A DNA stretch of 64,000 bases from Polyangiaceae bacterium (GCA_044376115.1 JBILLK010000030.1:32001-96000); one strand, 5' to 3'; shown: positions 38,392 to 47,913, numbered from the stretch's first letter. Numbers and translations are program-made. Notes: generated from the sequence alone by a model not told the origin.

Positions 38392-41100
38392 CTACGGCGC
38401 GGGCTTCACCACGACCTCGAGTGCCGGGTTCGTAACGGCGCCTGGCCCGAAGGCGAAGTCGATCGGCTCGTTGTCGAGCCAGGCCGGGAGCAGGTTGTTG
38501 TAGAACGGGCTCTCGCGGTGAAGATCGGCACCACCGGGCAGTTGGTACTTCATGCGCGGTCGGTCGGGCCCGAGCTCCACGACGAAGCGCACCGAAGCGC
38601 CGGCCGCAAAGCTTAGATCCCAGGGATCGCCGACGTCGGGAAGCTCGCGCTGCGGGTTGGCAACGTTGACCGTGTAGAGCCCGCCTGCGGCTGCGTACGG
38701 ACCATCGTTGTAGGTGCCGATGCCGAAGCTGTCGTAGATGCTGCGCAGGCTGAGCGTGTGCAGCCGTCCCCAACGCCAATCATTCGGCTCGCCGGTGGCA
38801 GCGAGGCTGGCCGCGGCCAACGTTACCGCATAGCGAATCACGTCGCTGCGCGTCTCGCTGTTGTTGGGCGTCGTGACGTTGTCCCAGAGCAGCTCGCCGG
38901 AACTGAGCGTGTTCGGCGCTTTGAGCGCGCGCACCAGCAGGTGAATGTCGGCGCGATCGCTGATCGCGAGGGGCTCGGGCGCGAGCGCGCTGGCCGCAGC
39001 GATCTCATCGCCGAGGGCCGCTTCGGTTAGCGCAAAGAGCGTCACGTGGAAGGCGGTGCAACCGATGGACTCCGCCGTTTCGCTCGATGAACTCGCGTCG
39101 GGCGAGTTCTCCGGATCGTGACCGTCGACGCCGGTCGGGCAGCTGAACTTCCAATCGGTGAGGGCGTCCACCAGCTGTTGTTCTTGGCTGGTCAGCGTCT
39201 GGCCTTGCATCGCCTCCAGCACCGCAGGCACCACCACACTGCCGTAGAGCGAGTAGCTGTCGCCTTGCAGCGCCGTCATCGTCTCAAAGGTGTGGGCGTC
39301 GGCTCCGGCCTCGAGTTGATCGAGGATGCGCCGATTGCGCGTGCCCTCTGCGCGGGTGATGGCCTGCAGCGCGAGCTGGCCGTCGTTGAGCAGATCGCCG
39401 TCGGCGCTGGCGCCGGTGAGATCCTGATTGGCGGTCGCGATCGCGCCGGCCGCGGGGTTCTCGGCCTGCGGAAGTTGCTCCAGCGGGACGTAGCCGGCCC
39501 ACTCAGCGGAGCCGTCGCCGGGCAGCGGCAGCCACGGCGGTAGCGCGTTCGACGCCCACGGACGCAGCGGTACGCGCGAGTACGGATACCAGGCGATATC
39601 GCCGTTCAAATCCGCGACGACGAAGTTCTGACTCGCGGCCACCATCAGAGCCACAGCGTCCTTCGCTTCGGAGGTTGAGTTTGCGCGGGCCAACGCAAAA
39701 AAACCGTCGAGATCGGTGCCGCTGTCGTGAAGGTTCCAGCGCACGCTCAGCGCGGTTCCCGCGGCAGCGTCTTCCGCCACGATCGGCCCGTGATGCGGAA
39801 CCCAACGCAGCGTTTGTGCGACCTTCATGCCGGTGGAGGCATCATCGAACATGACCTCCTTCTCGATGATCGCCACCTCTTGGCCGTTGAAGAGCACCGA
39901 CGAACCGTCCTGCGATAGCTCTTCGACGTACACGTCGGAGAGGTCCCAATTGGCGGTGGTCACGCCCCAAGCGAGCGATTCGTTGTGACCGATCATCACC
40001 GCGGGCAAGCCCGGGAAGGTGCTGCCGGCCACGTGGAATTGCCCTTCTCCGGCGCTCTTGGCGTCGATCTCGACCGGGAACCAAATGGCCGGGTTGGTCA
40101 ACGCGAGATGCGGATCATCGGCGAGCAGCGCGTTGCCGCTCGTGGTGCGGCCGGGCGCGAGCACCCAATTGTTGGAGCCGGATTCGCCCGGTCGCCGGCT
40201 CTCGTTGCCGCTACCGAGGTGCGCGAGGCCCGCTCGTGCTTGGGCCAACAAGGCGCTGCGCGAAGCGTTGGGCAACTGCCACGGCGTGGGCGCAGGCGAG
40301 GGGGAGGGCGGTGCTGCGGCGAGTTCGGCGCTGGGCAAGGTGAAGGCAGCGAACACAGGCCGCGCCGAGAAGAGATCGGGCGCGAGCGCTGGATCGACGA
40401 AGGGCGTGAGCTCGGCGCGGGCGATCTCCGCTGGCGCCTTGTTCGAAAGATCGTGCAGCACGTAAAGCCCAACCGCGGCTGAATCGGCGGGCTCCCATTC
40501 GCGGATGCCGGCCTTCTCGATCAACGCAAAGTCGTACTCGGTGGTCAGCGTCGCGCCGTTGCGACCTTCACGCATATCGCCGAGCCAGGCGTTCACCCCG
40601 CGCGCATAGGCCTGCAAGTAGCCTTGCACCTCGGGGCTCGCGTCGCTCACCAACCGCTCTTCCAGCGGCTCGCCGTCGCGCGTCGAGAAGAAGCGGCGAT
40701 TGTCGAAGTCACGTTGCAACACCGTGGCTCCGGCCTTCACCAACGAGCCCAAGCGTCCGCGCACCGAGCTGCGCACGAAGTCCATGAAGAAGAAGCGATT
40801 GGCCGCATGGAAGTAGCCGAGGGCGGCGTAACAATCGTCGTCGCTGGCGCAGGCCAAATGCAGCAGCCCGTGCTCGTCGTAGGTTGCAGCGACTTCAGCC
40901 GAGAGTTCGGGGATGTTGACGCCGGTGGGCCCAGCGCCCCCGCCTCCGCCCGCACCCGTGCCACCTGCGCCACCACTACCGCCTGCACCCGAGCTACTCC
41001 CGCCGCTCGCTGATGTGTCATCGCCACACGCGGTCAGAGTCATCAGCGCTAGCAGCCCAACCCTCAAGCCGTTTCTTCGCAGCGAAGCTCTCATGGTCAA
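38392..41100 (-). CDS. Penicillin acylase / AHL-acylase family Ntn hydrolase (lipoprotein)
   Basis: Lipobox LTAC; DEHG..H, ALGYFHA..RF; GSNNWV nucleophile; LADDPHL; IGHN; WRWGRLH; PGG...SPFY. Confidence 0.92.
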   Translation of the reverse strand: MTMRASLRRNGLRVGLLALMTLTACGDDTSASGGSSSGAGGSGGAGGTGAGGGGGAGPTGVNIPELSAEVAATYDEHGLLHLACASDDDCYAALGYFHAANRFFFMDFVRSSVRGRLGSLVKAGATVLQRDFDNRRFFSTRDGEPLEERLVSDASPEVQGYLQAYARGVNAWLGDMREGRNGATLTTEYDFALIEKAGIREWEPADSAAVGLYVLHDLSNKAPAEIARAELTPFVDPALAPDLFSARPVFAAFTLPSAELAAAPPSPSPAPTPWQLPNASRSALLAQARAGLAHLGSGNESRRPGESGSNNWVLAPGRTTSGNALLADDPHLALTNPAIWFPVEIDAKSAGEGQFHVAGSTFPGLPAVMIGHNESLAWGVTTANWDLSDVYVEELSQDGSSVLFNGQEVAIIEKEVMFDDASTGMKVAQTLRWVPHHGPIVAEDAAAGTALSVRWNLHDSGTDLDGFFALARANSTSEAKDAVALMVAASQNFVVADLNGDIAWYPYSRVPLRPWASNALPPWLPLPGDGSAEWAGYVPLEQLPQAENPAAGAIATANQDLTGASADGDLLNDGQLALQAITRAEGTRNRRILDQLEAGADAHTFETMTALQGDSYSLYGSVVVPAVLEAMQGQTLTSQEQQLVDALTDWKFSCPTGVDGHDPENSPDASSSSETAESIGCTAFHVTLFALTEAALGDEIAAASALAPEPLAISDRADIHLLVRALKAPNTLSSGELLWDNVTTPNNSETRSDVIRYAVTLAAASLAATGEPNDWRWGRLHTLSLRSIYDSFGIGTYNDGPYAAAGGLYTVNVANPQRELPDVGDPWDLSFAAGASVRFVVELGPDRPRMKYQLPGGADLHRESPFYNNLLPAWLDNEPIDFAFGPGAVTNPALEVVVKPAP

Positions 41101-41259
41101 CCGTCTCCTTGGCTCGCCGGGAGCGGTCGAGCATGATGTAGTGAACTCGACTTCAAGGTCGCACTCAACTCCGCGGACTCTTCTCCTAAGTTGTTGATAT
41201 GAATGCCTAAATTGAGGCGTCTTCGGGCGTGACTCCGCAGCCCGTGGTAACTTCGCCCG

Positions 41260-41883
41260 GTGTCGCGTCGACGTACCTTGTTGGAGCAGCCCCCTCTGCC
41301 GAGCGCTCAGCGCGCCGACTCCGAACAGATCGTCGCAGCGGTGATCGCCGCCGCCATCGAGCTTGGGCCGCAGGCGACCTTGGCCGCCATCGCTGCCAAG
41401 GCGGGCGTCGGTGCCGCCTCACTGCATCGTTACTTCCCAACCACGGCGGCGATCTTCGCCGAGGTGTCGCGGCAGAGTTACCGCACGTTGCTCGAGCAGA
41501 TCCGCGCCCTCACGAACCGGGAAGACCTCGAGCTCTATGCGATGGTGAAGCTCGTCTGCCAGGCCGCCATCGACGGGCCCGGGCTTTCGCTCGAGCATCG
41601 CAGGCGGCTCAATCTCGAGCTGCCGCTGGCGTGGACCACGAGCACCGCCGAGCAGGTCTACGCCGAGGTGCTCGAGGCTGCAGCGGGGTGGATTCGCAAG
41701 CATGTGCGGCCGCCGCCTCAGGACCTCGAGGCGCGCGTGTTCGTTGCCTTCGCCAACATTCGCGGTGCTGTGCTGATGATGCTGATGTTCCCGTCGATCG
41801 CTCCACCGCGTGAGGCGCTGTTACCAGCGCTCGCCGACTCGGTGTTTCTAGCGCTCACCCTCGATCGACAAGTGAGCCAATAG
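41260..41883 (+). CDS. TetR/AcrR family transcriptional regulator
   Basis: ATLAAIAAKAGVGAASLHRYFP HTH; divergent from the acylase. Confidence 0.85.
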   Translation: MSRRRTLLEQPPLPSAQRADSEQIVAAVIAAAIELGPQATLAAIAAKAGVGAASLHRYFPTTAAIFAEVSRQSYRTLLEQIRALTNREDLELYAMVKLVCQAAIDGPGLSLEHRRRLNLELPLAWTTSTAEQVYAEVLEAAAGWIRKHVRPPPQDLEARVFVAFANIRGAVLMMLMFPSIAPPREALLPALADSVFLALTLDRQVSQ

Positions 41884-41997
41884 CGACTCGCTTGGCGCTA
41901 GTTGTGCCAGCTGTGCCGCGCACGGCACCGAGCGAGCTACAAATTGGCGTGAATGCAAGGGCCTATCGCTGGCACGCGCGATGCTCAAGCAGCCTTC

Positions 41998-42777
41998 ATG
42001 AAGACGAGCTTCCTCGGGTTTGCGATGGTGCTAACGGCGATGACCGGCTGCAACGCCACGGTCAGCAACGGCAACTGCGAAGAGCCGGAGCCCGGCGGCT
42101 CAGGTGGTTGCGGGGCCACGTGGGAGTGTATCGACGGTGAGTGGGTAGATACCTCCGAACAAGCCGTGGACAACTGTCTCCCGCCCAGCGAATGCCCGGC
42201 GACGTTGCCCGAGTTCGGCTCGCCCTGCAACGGCTCGACGCAATGCGAATACCCCGGCACCGACGAAGAGTGCGGTGATCCAAACCAGCCTTTTTACGCC
42301 GACTGCGTCGATGGTGCGTGGCAGATCTCGACGACGCGCTGCTCCCCTCCGCCGGAGTGCCCGGAGCTGATGCCAACCGCGGGCACCGATTGCACCGGCT
42401 GGGACTACGCCTTCGCCTGCTCGTATGAAATCGACTGCGGTGCGGGTCCCACGCCGCTCTTGATGAGCTGCAGCTTCGAGTCTGGAGCGGCGCTCTGGCA
42501 GGTCGACTCGGGCATGGGCTGCACCGACTGCATCGGTCTGGACCCCGCCACGTGTGCGGCAAGCGAGTGTCAGTGGCTCACGCCCGGGTGTGAAGCCGGT
42601 GCGCCGCCGCTCGTAGAGGGTTGCTACCCGAAGCTCGACTGCCAATCGGATGGTTGCAACGGCGACCTGCAGTGCGTGCTCTATTCCTACAACCCCTGCG
42701 CCGGCGCTGAATGTGACGCGTGCGGCGCGACCTTTGGCGTTTGCGAAGAGCCGCCCCCGCCGCCTCCTCAGCCGTAG
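41998..42777 (+). CDS. Cys-rich lipoprotein with CPxxxPxxGxxC repeats
   Basis: Lipobox AMTGC; CPATLPEFGSPC and CPELMPTAGTDC repeats; many Cys. Confidence 0.75.
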   Translation: MKTSFLGFAMVLTAMTGCNATVSNGNCEEPEPGGSGGCGATWECIDGEWVDTSEQAVDNCLPPSECPATLPEFGSPCNGSTQCEYPGTDEECGDPNQPFYADCVDGAWQISTTRCSPPPECPELMPTAGTDCTGWDYAFACSYEIDCGAGPTPLLMSCSFESGAALWQVDSGMGCTDCIGLDPATCAASECQWLTPGCEAGAPPLVEGCYPKLDCQSDGCNGDLQCVLYSYNPCAGAECDACGATFGVCEEPPPPPPQP

Positions 42778-43152
42778 TTACGGCCGCTGATCGCGCGGGA
42801 TGCAGTCTCCGTGGACGAAACCATCTGCACTCGAGAAGGCATCCCCGAGCTCGATCGGCTCACCGCAGGCAGCGCACAACGAGCCTGCTTGATCGCGTCG
42901 GCGTACGAAGGGCCCGCGCGGAATGCGCCGCTTGCGAACCGGCGCCGGCGGGGGTTCCGCCCAAGCATCCCACGCTGAGGCTGGTCGGCGCGGACTCGAT
43001 CGACGCGGAGCTTGCACCGACGCAACGTCCTCGATCACGACCTTGCCCTCGCGGATCAGCCGACAGGCCTGGCGTGCGGCAGCGCTCGCTTCATGCTCGT
43101 TGGCCGAGCCGGCGAGCGCCGCGAGCTTGCGAACCTTGTCGGCGACGCTCAT
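42778..43152 (-). CDS. DUF2786-like protein with C-terminal CxxC...HxxC zinc-binding motif
   Basis: DKVRKLAALAGSANEHEASAAARQACRLI; CAACGEPI...FVHGDC. Confidence 0.7.
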   Translation of the reverse strand: MSVADKVRKLAALAGSANEHEASAAARQACRLIREGKVVIEDVASVQAPRRSSPRRPASAWDAWAEPPPAPVRKRRIPRGPFVRRRDQAGSLCAACGEPIELGDAFSSADGFVHGDCIPRDQRP

Positions 43153-43180
43153 GCGTGAATGGACCCGTTAGCCATGCCCG

Positions 43181-44068
43181 TCATTCTTCAAGCGGTGTAG
43201 CGCGTTCCTCGAGGGGCGTCTTATCCGTCTGCGTCGCGAGCAGCGCGTACCACCCGAGGACGCTCGCGAAGCCTGCGCCGAAGACAGGCACAGGGAAGTG
43301 CCCAACGAAGGTAACGAGCAGGCTCGCGACGTTGTAGCTGACCGCAGCGCCTGCCAACGGCACCGCGAACCAAGTGCGAGGCCGGGCGAGGCCAACGAGC
43401 AAGAACGCCACCGCGACCGCGCAGGCTGCGACCCACAGCGGGCCTTGCTCGAAGGCGAGGTAGAAAACTCGCTCCACGTGAGCCACTGGCGCGAGCGGAT
43501 CGGCTCGTAGCCAGCTCAGCGCAGCTGCGCACAGCAGCGCCATTGCGCTCGAGAACCGTGCGAATCTTTGCGTGGGAGCGCGAGCGAGCAACAGCGCGAT
43601 ACCGCCCGCGGCGAGGGCGCTCGCCTGCCCAGCGTCCGGTTGCAACACGTGCACGACCGCTACCGTGAGCGTCGCTGCGAGCGCTCTTGTCCTTGCGCTC
43701 GCAGCGCGTGCGCCCAAGCCTAAGAGCAGGCACGGCGCTAGCGCAGCCGAGGCGTTGAGTTGCAGCCCGCCGAGGCTTAGCCAGCGCGTTACGCCCTCCA
43801 TTCCAGGCTGCAGCAACGTCGCACTGATGCCCAGCGCTGCCAGCGTCGGTGCCCAGGCCTCCAGCGTCTCCCGGCGAAAGCGTCGCGCCGCGAGGACCAG
43901 CCCAGCGCCGAGCAACATCGCAATCAGGTTGGGCGCATAGGCCGTCCAGCGCACGCCCTGCGATAGCGCGAGTCCGAGGCCAACCGCGGTCGCCGGGATC
44001 GGCGCGAGCAGAGCCAGGTGCTCGCTCGCATGCGGCGTCCTTGACTGAGCGGCCGCAGCGCCGTTCAC
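43181..44068 (-). CDS. Short FtsW/RodA (SEDS)-related membrane protein
   Basis: GMEGVTRWLSLGGLQLNAS, LQPDAGQA, FPVPVFGAGFASVLGW. GTG at 44068 overlaps the tetR stop (GTGA). Confidence 0.65.
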   Translation of the reverse strand: MNGAAAAQSRTPHASEHLALLAPIPATAVGLGLALSQGVRWTAYAPNLIAMLLGAGLVLAARRFRRETLEAWAPTLAALGISATLLQPGMEGVTRWLSLGGLQLNASAALAPCLLLGLGARAASARTRALAATLTVAVVHVLQPDAGQASALAAGGIALLLARAPTQRFARFSSAMALLCAAALSWLRADPLAPVAHVERVFYLAFEQGPLWVAACAVAVAFLLVGLARPRTWFAVPLAGAAVSYNVASLLVTFVGHFPVPVFGAGFASVLGWYALLATQTDKTPLEERATPLEE

Positions 44069-44658
44069 GCGTCCGTACGCACCCCGAGCATCAGCACGCG
44101 AACGAGCTCGGTGAGGTTCTTGCGATGGGCTGCGACCGTGGTTGCGTCGTAGGCCGCACCGGAGGCCGCCCGGACGAGCAAGTGAGCCAGGCCGGTGGCC
44201 GTCAAGCCTGCGCGCGTTAGGTCGACCTCTTCGGACTCTTCGATCGCCGCTGCGAGCAAGCGCAAAAACGCCTTGTCCGCACGCGCGATGGTCTCGGCTC
44301 CGAGGCGGCTCTGCGAGTCGATCAGCTCCTGGGCGTGCGGCGAACGCTGCACCAGCTCCCAATAGCGCGTGAACTTTGCGGCCAGCATCCCGGCCAAACG
44401 ATCGTCGATGGAGCCGCGTCCACGGCCGGCCGCTTCGGCGCGCGCGATCAGGTCTTCGCACACGGCAACCACTACCGCTTCGAACACCGCGTCTTTGTCT
44501 TTGAAGTACGCGTAGACGGTAGGTTTCGCCACGCCGGCCTCGGCCGCGAGCAGGTCGATCGAGGTGCGCTTGAAGCCATAGCGACTGAAGAGCGTGGTTG
44601 CCGCGTTGACGATTCGTACGCGCTTCTCTTCAGCTCGCGGGGCCTCCTTGGGCGACAT
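44065..44658 (-). CDS. TetR/AcrR family transcriptional regulator
   Basis: IVNAATTLFSRYGFKRTSIDLLAAEAGVAKPTVYAYFKDK. Confidence 0.93.
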   Translation of the reverse strand: MSPKEAPRAEEKRVRIVNAATTLFSRYGFKRTSIDLLAAEAGVAKPTVYAYFKDKDAVFEAVVVAVCEDLIARAEAAGRGRGSIDDRLAGMLAAKFTRYWELVQRSPHAQELIDSQSRLGAETIARADKAFLRLLAAAIEESEEVDLTRAGLTATGLAHLLVRAASGAAYDATTVAAHRKNLTELVRVLMLGVRTDA

Positions 44659-44683
44659 GTCGGCACCTTAACATGTTTTGTAA

Positions 44684-44715
44684 CATTGAACCGAATTGAC
44701 ATATTTAGTTCAGTG
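44684..44715. promoter_or_regulatory. Candidate TetR operator overlapping a TTGACA -35 box in the divergent promoter region
   Basis: cat-tgaaccgaat-tgacat-atttagttca-gtg imperfect inverted repeat (8/10 arms) in AT-rich intergenic DNA; TTGACA at 44696-44701. Confidence 0.55.
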
Positions 44716-44742
44716 AGTAAGTGTTCGGCCAGGAGAAAACCC

Positions 44743-45798
44743 ATGCATGTTCTCGTCACCGGTGCCTCTGGCTTCATCGCTAGCCATATCGTTCAGCAGC
44801 TCTTGGCCAAGGGCCACCGCGTGCGCGGCACCGTGCGCTCCCTCGCCAAAGAGAAGGACCTAGCGAGGTTGCGGGCGCTTCCGGGCGCTGCTGAGCAGCT
44901 CAGCTTCGTCGCTGCGGATCTGCGTACGCCAGGCGGCTTTGACGAGGCCGTGCGCGGTTGTGATGCCGTCTTGCATACCGCCAGCCCCTACTCGTTGGAC
45001 GCCAAAGACCCGCAGAAGGATCTCGTGGACCCGGCGGTGATGGGCACACGCAACGTGCTGCTCGCCTGTCAGAAGGCACCCTCGGTCAAGCGGGTGATCG
45101 TGACCTCATCGATGGCTGCCATCACCGATGAGCCGGAGAGTGACCACCTTCTGACGGAGGCGGATTGGAACACCAAATCCAGCTTGGAGCGCAACCCGTA
45201 CTACTACTCAAAGACTCTCGCGGAGCGCGCAGCGTGGGAGTTCCTCGAGCGGGAGAAGCCCAGCTTTGACCTGGTGGTGATCAACCCGTTCTTGGTCATC
45301 GGCCCTTCTCTCTCTCTGGGCATCAATACCTCGAACCAACTGTTCGTGGATCTCTTGGCTGGGACGTACCCCGGCATCATGAACCTTACCTGGGGCTTCG
45401 TGGACGTGCGTGACGTCGCGGATGCGCACGTTCGTGCGCTTGAAACGCCCGGGGCGAAAGGGCGCTACATCACCGCGGGGGAGACCATTGGGATGCGCGC
45501 CCTGGTTGAACTCTTGGAAAAGAATGGTTGGGCGAGCGGTAACAAGCTTCCCAAGCTCGGCATGGATTGCGGTGCTGGAGATTTCGCTGTGCGGCTCTCC
45601 TCGTACCTTCAGCCCAAGGGCGTCGGGTCCTACTTGCGAACCCACGTAGGGCGTGTCCCGCGGTATGACACGAGCAAGGTGCGTAATGAGCTTGGCGTCA
45701 GCTTTCGCAGCGCAGAGAGCTCCGTCCTCGATACCCTCGCGGATCTCGAGCGCGAGGGTCACGTGAAGCGTCAGGCTGGTGCGGCTGCTTCGCGCTAG
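44743..45798 (+). CDS. NAD(P)-dependent extended SDR (dihydroflavonol-4-reductase/aldehyde reductase-like)
   Basis: VLVTGASGFIA, HTASP, PAVMGT.NVL, TSSMAA, YYYSKTLAE, VDVRDVA. RBS aggag. Confidence 0.92.
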   Translation: MHVLVTGASGFIASHIVQQLLAKGHRVRGTVRSLAKEKDLARLRALPGAAEQLSFVAADLRTPGGFDEAVRGCDAVLHTASPYSLDAKDPQKDLVDPAVMGTRNVLLACQKAPSVKRVIVTSSMAAITDEPESDHLLTEADWNTKSSLERNPYYYSKTLAERAAWEFLEREKPSFDLVVINPFLVIGPSLSLGINTSNQLFVDLLAGTYPGIMNLTWGFVDVRDVADAHVRALETPGAKGRYITAGETIGMRALVELLEKNGWASGNKLPKLGMDCGAGDFAVRLSSYLQPKGVGSYLRTHVGRVPRYDTSKVRNELGVSFRSAESSVLDTLADLEREGHVKRQAGAAASR

Positions 45799-45807
45799 TG
45801 CGTCAGG

Positions 45808-46794
45808 CTAGAACGCCCAGCGGGCTGAAGCGCTCGTGGGTCCGAGTTGCCATTGTGGGGTGAAGCGTGGGCCCGGCCCGACGGGCTCGCTGACGTCGGG
45901 TTCCCCGGAGCCCCAAAGCACGAGCGGTAGCCCGACGCCCACCAGGGCCAAGCCACCAATCAGTGTAGCCGGCGTGCCGGGGTAGAAGTCGGGCGTGTAG
46001 TCCTCGACGCGCCGCTCGCGCATAGCGTCGGCGAACAAACCGAACGACATCGAAACGGCGGCCATCGAGCCCAAGGTGATGCACACGATCCCGGCCTCCA
46101 CCGCCGCCTTCGAACGCATGGCTTGAACGCCGATCTCATCCTCGCGCGCACCGTGCACCGTCATGGCGATACCGCCTCCAAGCGCAGCCAGCGACGCTCC
46201 CCAAAGGCCCCATACCTCCGAGTCGGAGGAGCCGTCCTGCCCAGCCTCGGCCAGCAAAGCTCCGCTCACCGAGAGGGTCGCGACGCCACCGATCGTAATC
46301 ATGCCGATGCCGGTCCCCGTCATGCCGGGCGAACGCATACGCAGGTTGTCCTCCGGATAGGTTGGTACCGAACTGGCCCCTACAGCAATGAAAGGAATCC
46401 CAAAGGCGAGCAGGCCCGCCGCTGGACCAAGCGTCAGAACCCCAGGAATGATCGTGTCTTCGGAGGTGACGAGTCCTGTCCCCAACGCTGCGAGCGCCGC
46501 TCCTGCTGCGGTGAAAACGATGCCGGTGACCATCAGCGAGCGGCTTCGAAGTTCGGTCGGGGCTGGCGCTGGGGAGGCCCAGGCCCACGGCCTCACCCAC
46601 GGGCCTGACGGAGGCGGAGCGGCCGGCGTCCACGCTGGAGCTGGCGCCCAAGGCTCGCTGGCCGGCGGCGCCCAAGGCTCGCTGGCCGGCGGCGCTGGTT
46701 CCGCGGACTGCGCATCACTCCGCGCAGGAGCGAACGCGCCCCCGAGGAGGGCCGTAAGAAGCCAAACCGATCGATAGTGAAGCTGCGCCCGCAT
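45808..46794 (-). CDS. Hypothetical exported protein with three Gly-rich hydrophobic hairpin repeats
   Basis: Signal peptide; Pro/Trp linker; three RS...GI...G hairpin units; C-terminal ARWAF. Confidence 0.65.
   Translation of the reverse strand: MRAQLHYRSVWLLTALLGGAFAPARSDAQSAEPAPPASEPWAPPASEPWAPAPAWTPAAPPPSGPWVRPWAWASPAPAPTELRSRSLMVTGIVFTAAGAALAALGTGLVTSEDTIIPGVLTLGPAAGLLAFGIPFIAVGASSVPTYPEDNLRMRSPGMTGTGIGMITIGGVATLSVSGALLAEAGQDGSSDSEVWGLWGASLAALGGGIAMTVHGAREDEIGVQAMRSKAAVEAGIVCITLGSMAAVSMSFGLFADAMRERRVEDYTPDFYPGTPATLIGGLALVGVGLPLVLWGSGEPDVSEPVGPGPRFTPQWQLGPTSASARWAF
46643..46695 (+). repeat. 24-bp coding tandem duplication (PPASEPWA x2)
   Basis: ggcgcccaaggctcgctggccggc at 46643 and 46667. 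Confidence 0.85.
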
Positions 46795-46859
46795 GCAATT
46801 GGGCGGAGCACAATCTCAGCCAACGGTGCGTCGGGATTTGGACGGCTCGAGCGATGCGC

Positions 46860-47426
46860 TCAGAAGGCGTATCCAACCGTGGCGTCAGCGTGGGGATAGG
46901 CGCCGCGAAAGCTGCGCTCCGAAGCCGGCCCCGGCAAGACCACCGCGTGGTACTGGCCTCCGGCTCCGATCGCGAGGTGCAGATGATCGAGCAGCAACAG
47001 CGCGTAGCCGGCGCTCACGCCGAGCGCTGCAGCCAAGCCAACTCGACTTTCCCCAGCCACCTCGGCGGTCGCGAAGCCGCCTTGTACGAACGGTGAGATC
47101 CAGAAGCCCTCGGGCGCCTCATCCGTCAGATAGAACATCGGCCTGAGTCGAAGAACGAAGCCCATCGTGTCGAGCGCCTCTTCGGTCTGCGTCCACGGTA
47201 CATACCAATCGAGGTTGGCCTGCAATGCGACCCGCGGTGCCACCGTGCGCTGCACACCTGCGCCGACGACGTGCAGACCAAGGTCGGCGAGCACAATCGT
47301 CTGTGGCGCTTCGGTGGCCTGCGGCGCTTCGATCGTCTGTGGCGGAGGGGCCGCCTGTCCGAGCGCACACGGCGCAGCGCCGAGCACGAGCAGCCCGACG
47401 GCTAGGTGCAGCAAGCGAAAGGTCAT
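46860..47426 (-). CDS. Small outer-membrane beta-barrel protein (DUF3575-like)
   Basis: Signal peptide; alternating strands; C-terminal VGYAF. Confidence 0.6.
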   Translation of the reverse strand: MTFRLLHLAVGLLVLGAAPCALGQAAPPPQTIEAPQATEAPQTIVLADLGLHVVGAGVQRTVAPRVALQANLDWYVPWTQTEEALDTMGFVLRLRPMFYLTDEAPEGFWISPFVQGGFATAEVAGESRVGLAAALGVSAGYALLLLDHLHLAIGAGGQYHAVVLPGPASERSFRGAYPHADATVGYAF

Positions 47427-47494
47427 GGCTCCTGATATCACCTTGCTCGCTGGCTGTACCGTTCGCTCGAGCCGTGCCGTGTCAGCTCTCGCTC

Positions 47495-47722
47495 TCAGGG
47501 TTCCCCGACGGTCTTGCAGGTCATCGTCGTGCCCCTCTTGTTTGCCTCGCAGCGCAGCAGCGTTCCCCAGGCCGAGAAAGGGCTCTGCTTGAGCCGCGTC
47601 ATATAATAGGTATCGCTGTCCGGTTCGCGGCGAATGCTTGTGTAGGTGGCCTGACAGCCCGTCATCGCGAGCAGCGAGCCGACCAGGGCGCAGGCCGCGA
47701 ACGTTGTGGATCGAGCGCTCAT
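47495..47722 (-). CDS. Small lipoprotein (75 aa)
   Basis: Lipobox AMTGC; C-terminal Cys pair; ATGA overlap with the upstream gene. Confidence 0.65.
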   Translation of the reverse strand: MSARSTTFAACALVGSLLAMTGCQATYTSIRREPDSDTYYMTRLKQSPFSAWGTLLRCEANKRGTTMTCKTVGEP

Positions 47723-47913
47723 TCGTCCACCCTCATTTCTACTTCGATGCATTCTTTGTCGCCGTCCTCGGGGCACAGCCACAGCAGCGGAGCAGAGCCC
47801 CGACTGCCAGCCATGTAGACCCAGCCTTCACGAGGCGATGGAGCCGAGCTCCACGCCGTGGTTACGCATCCACTCGCGCCGAGCGCGAGACTGAAGAGCA
47901 CGCAAAACCTCAC
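47719..47913 (-). CDS. Small lipoprotein (64 aa)
   Basis: Lipobox GASGC; LCPEDGDKEC; purine-rich RBS aagggg. Confidence 0.6.
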   Translation of the reverse strand: MRFCVLFSLALGASGCVTTAWSSAPSPREGWVYMAGSRGSAPLLWLCPEDGDKECIEVEMRVDE

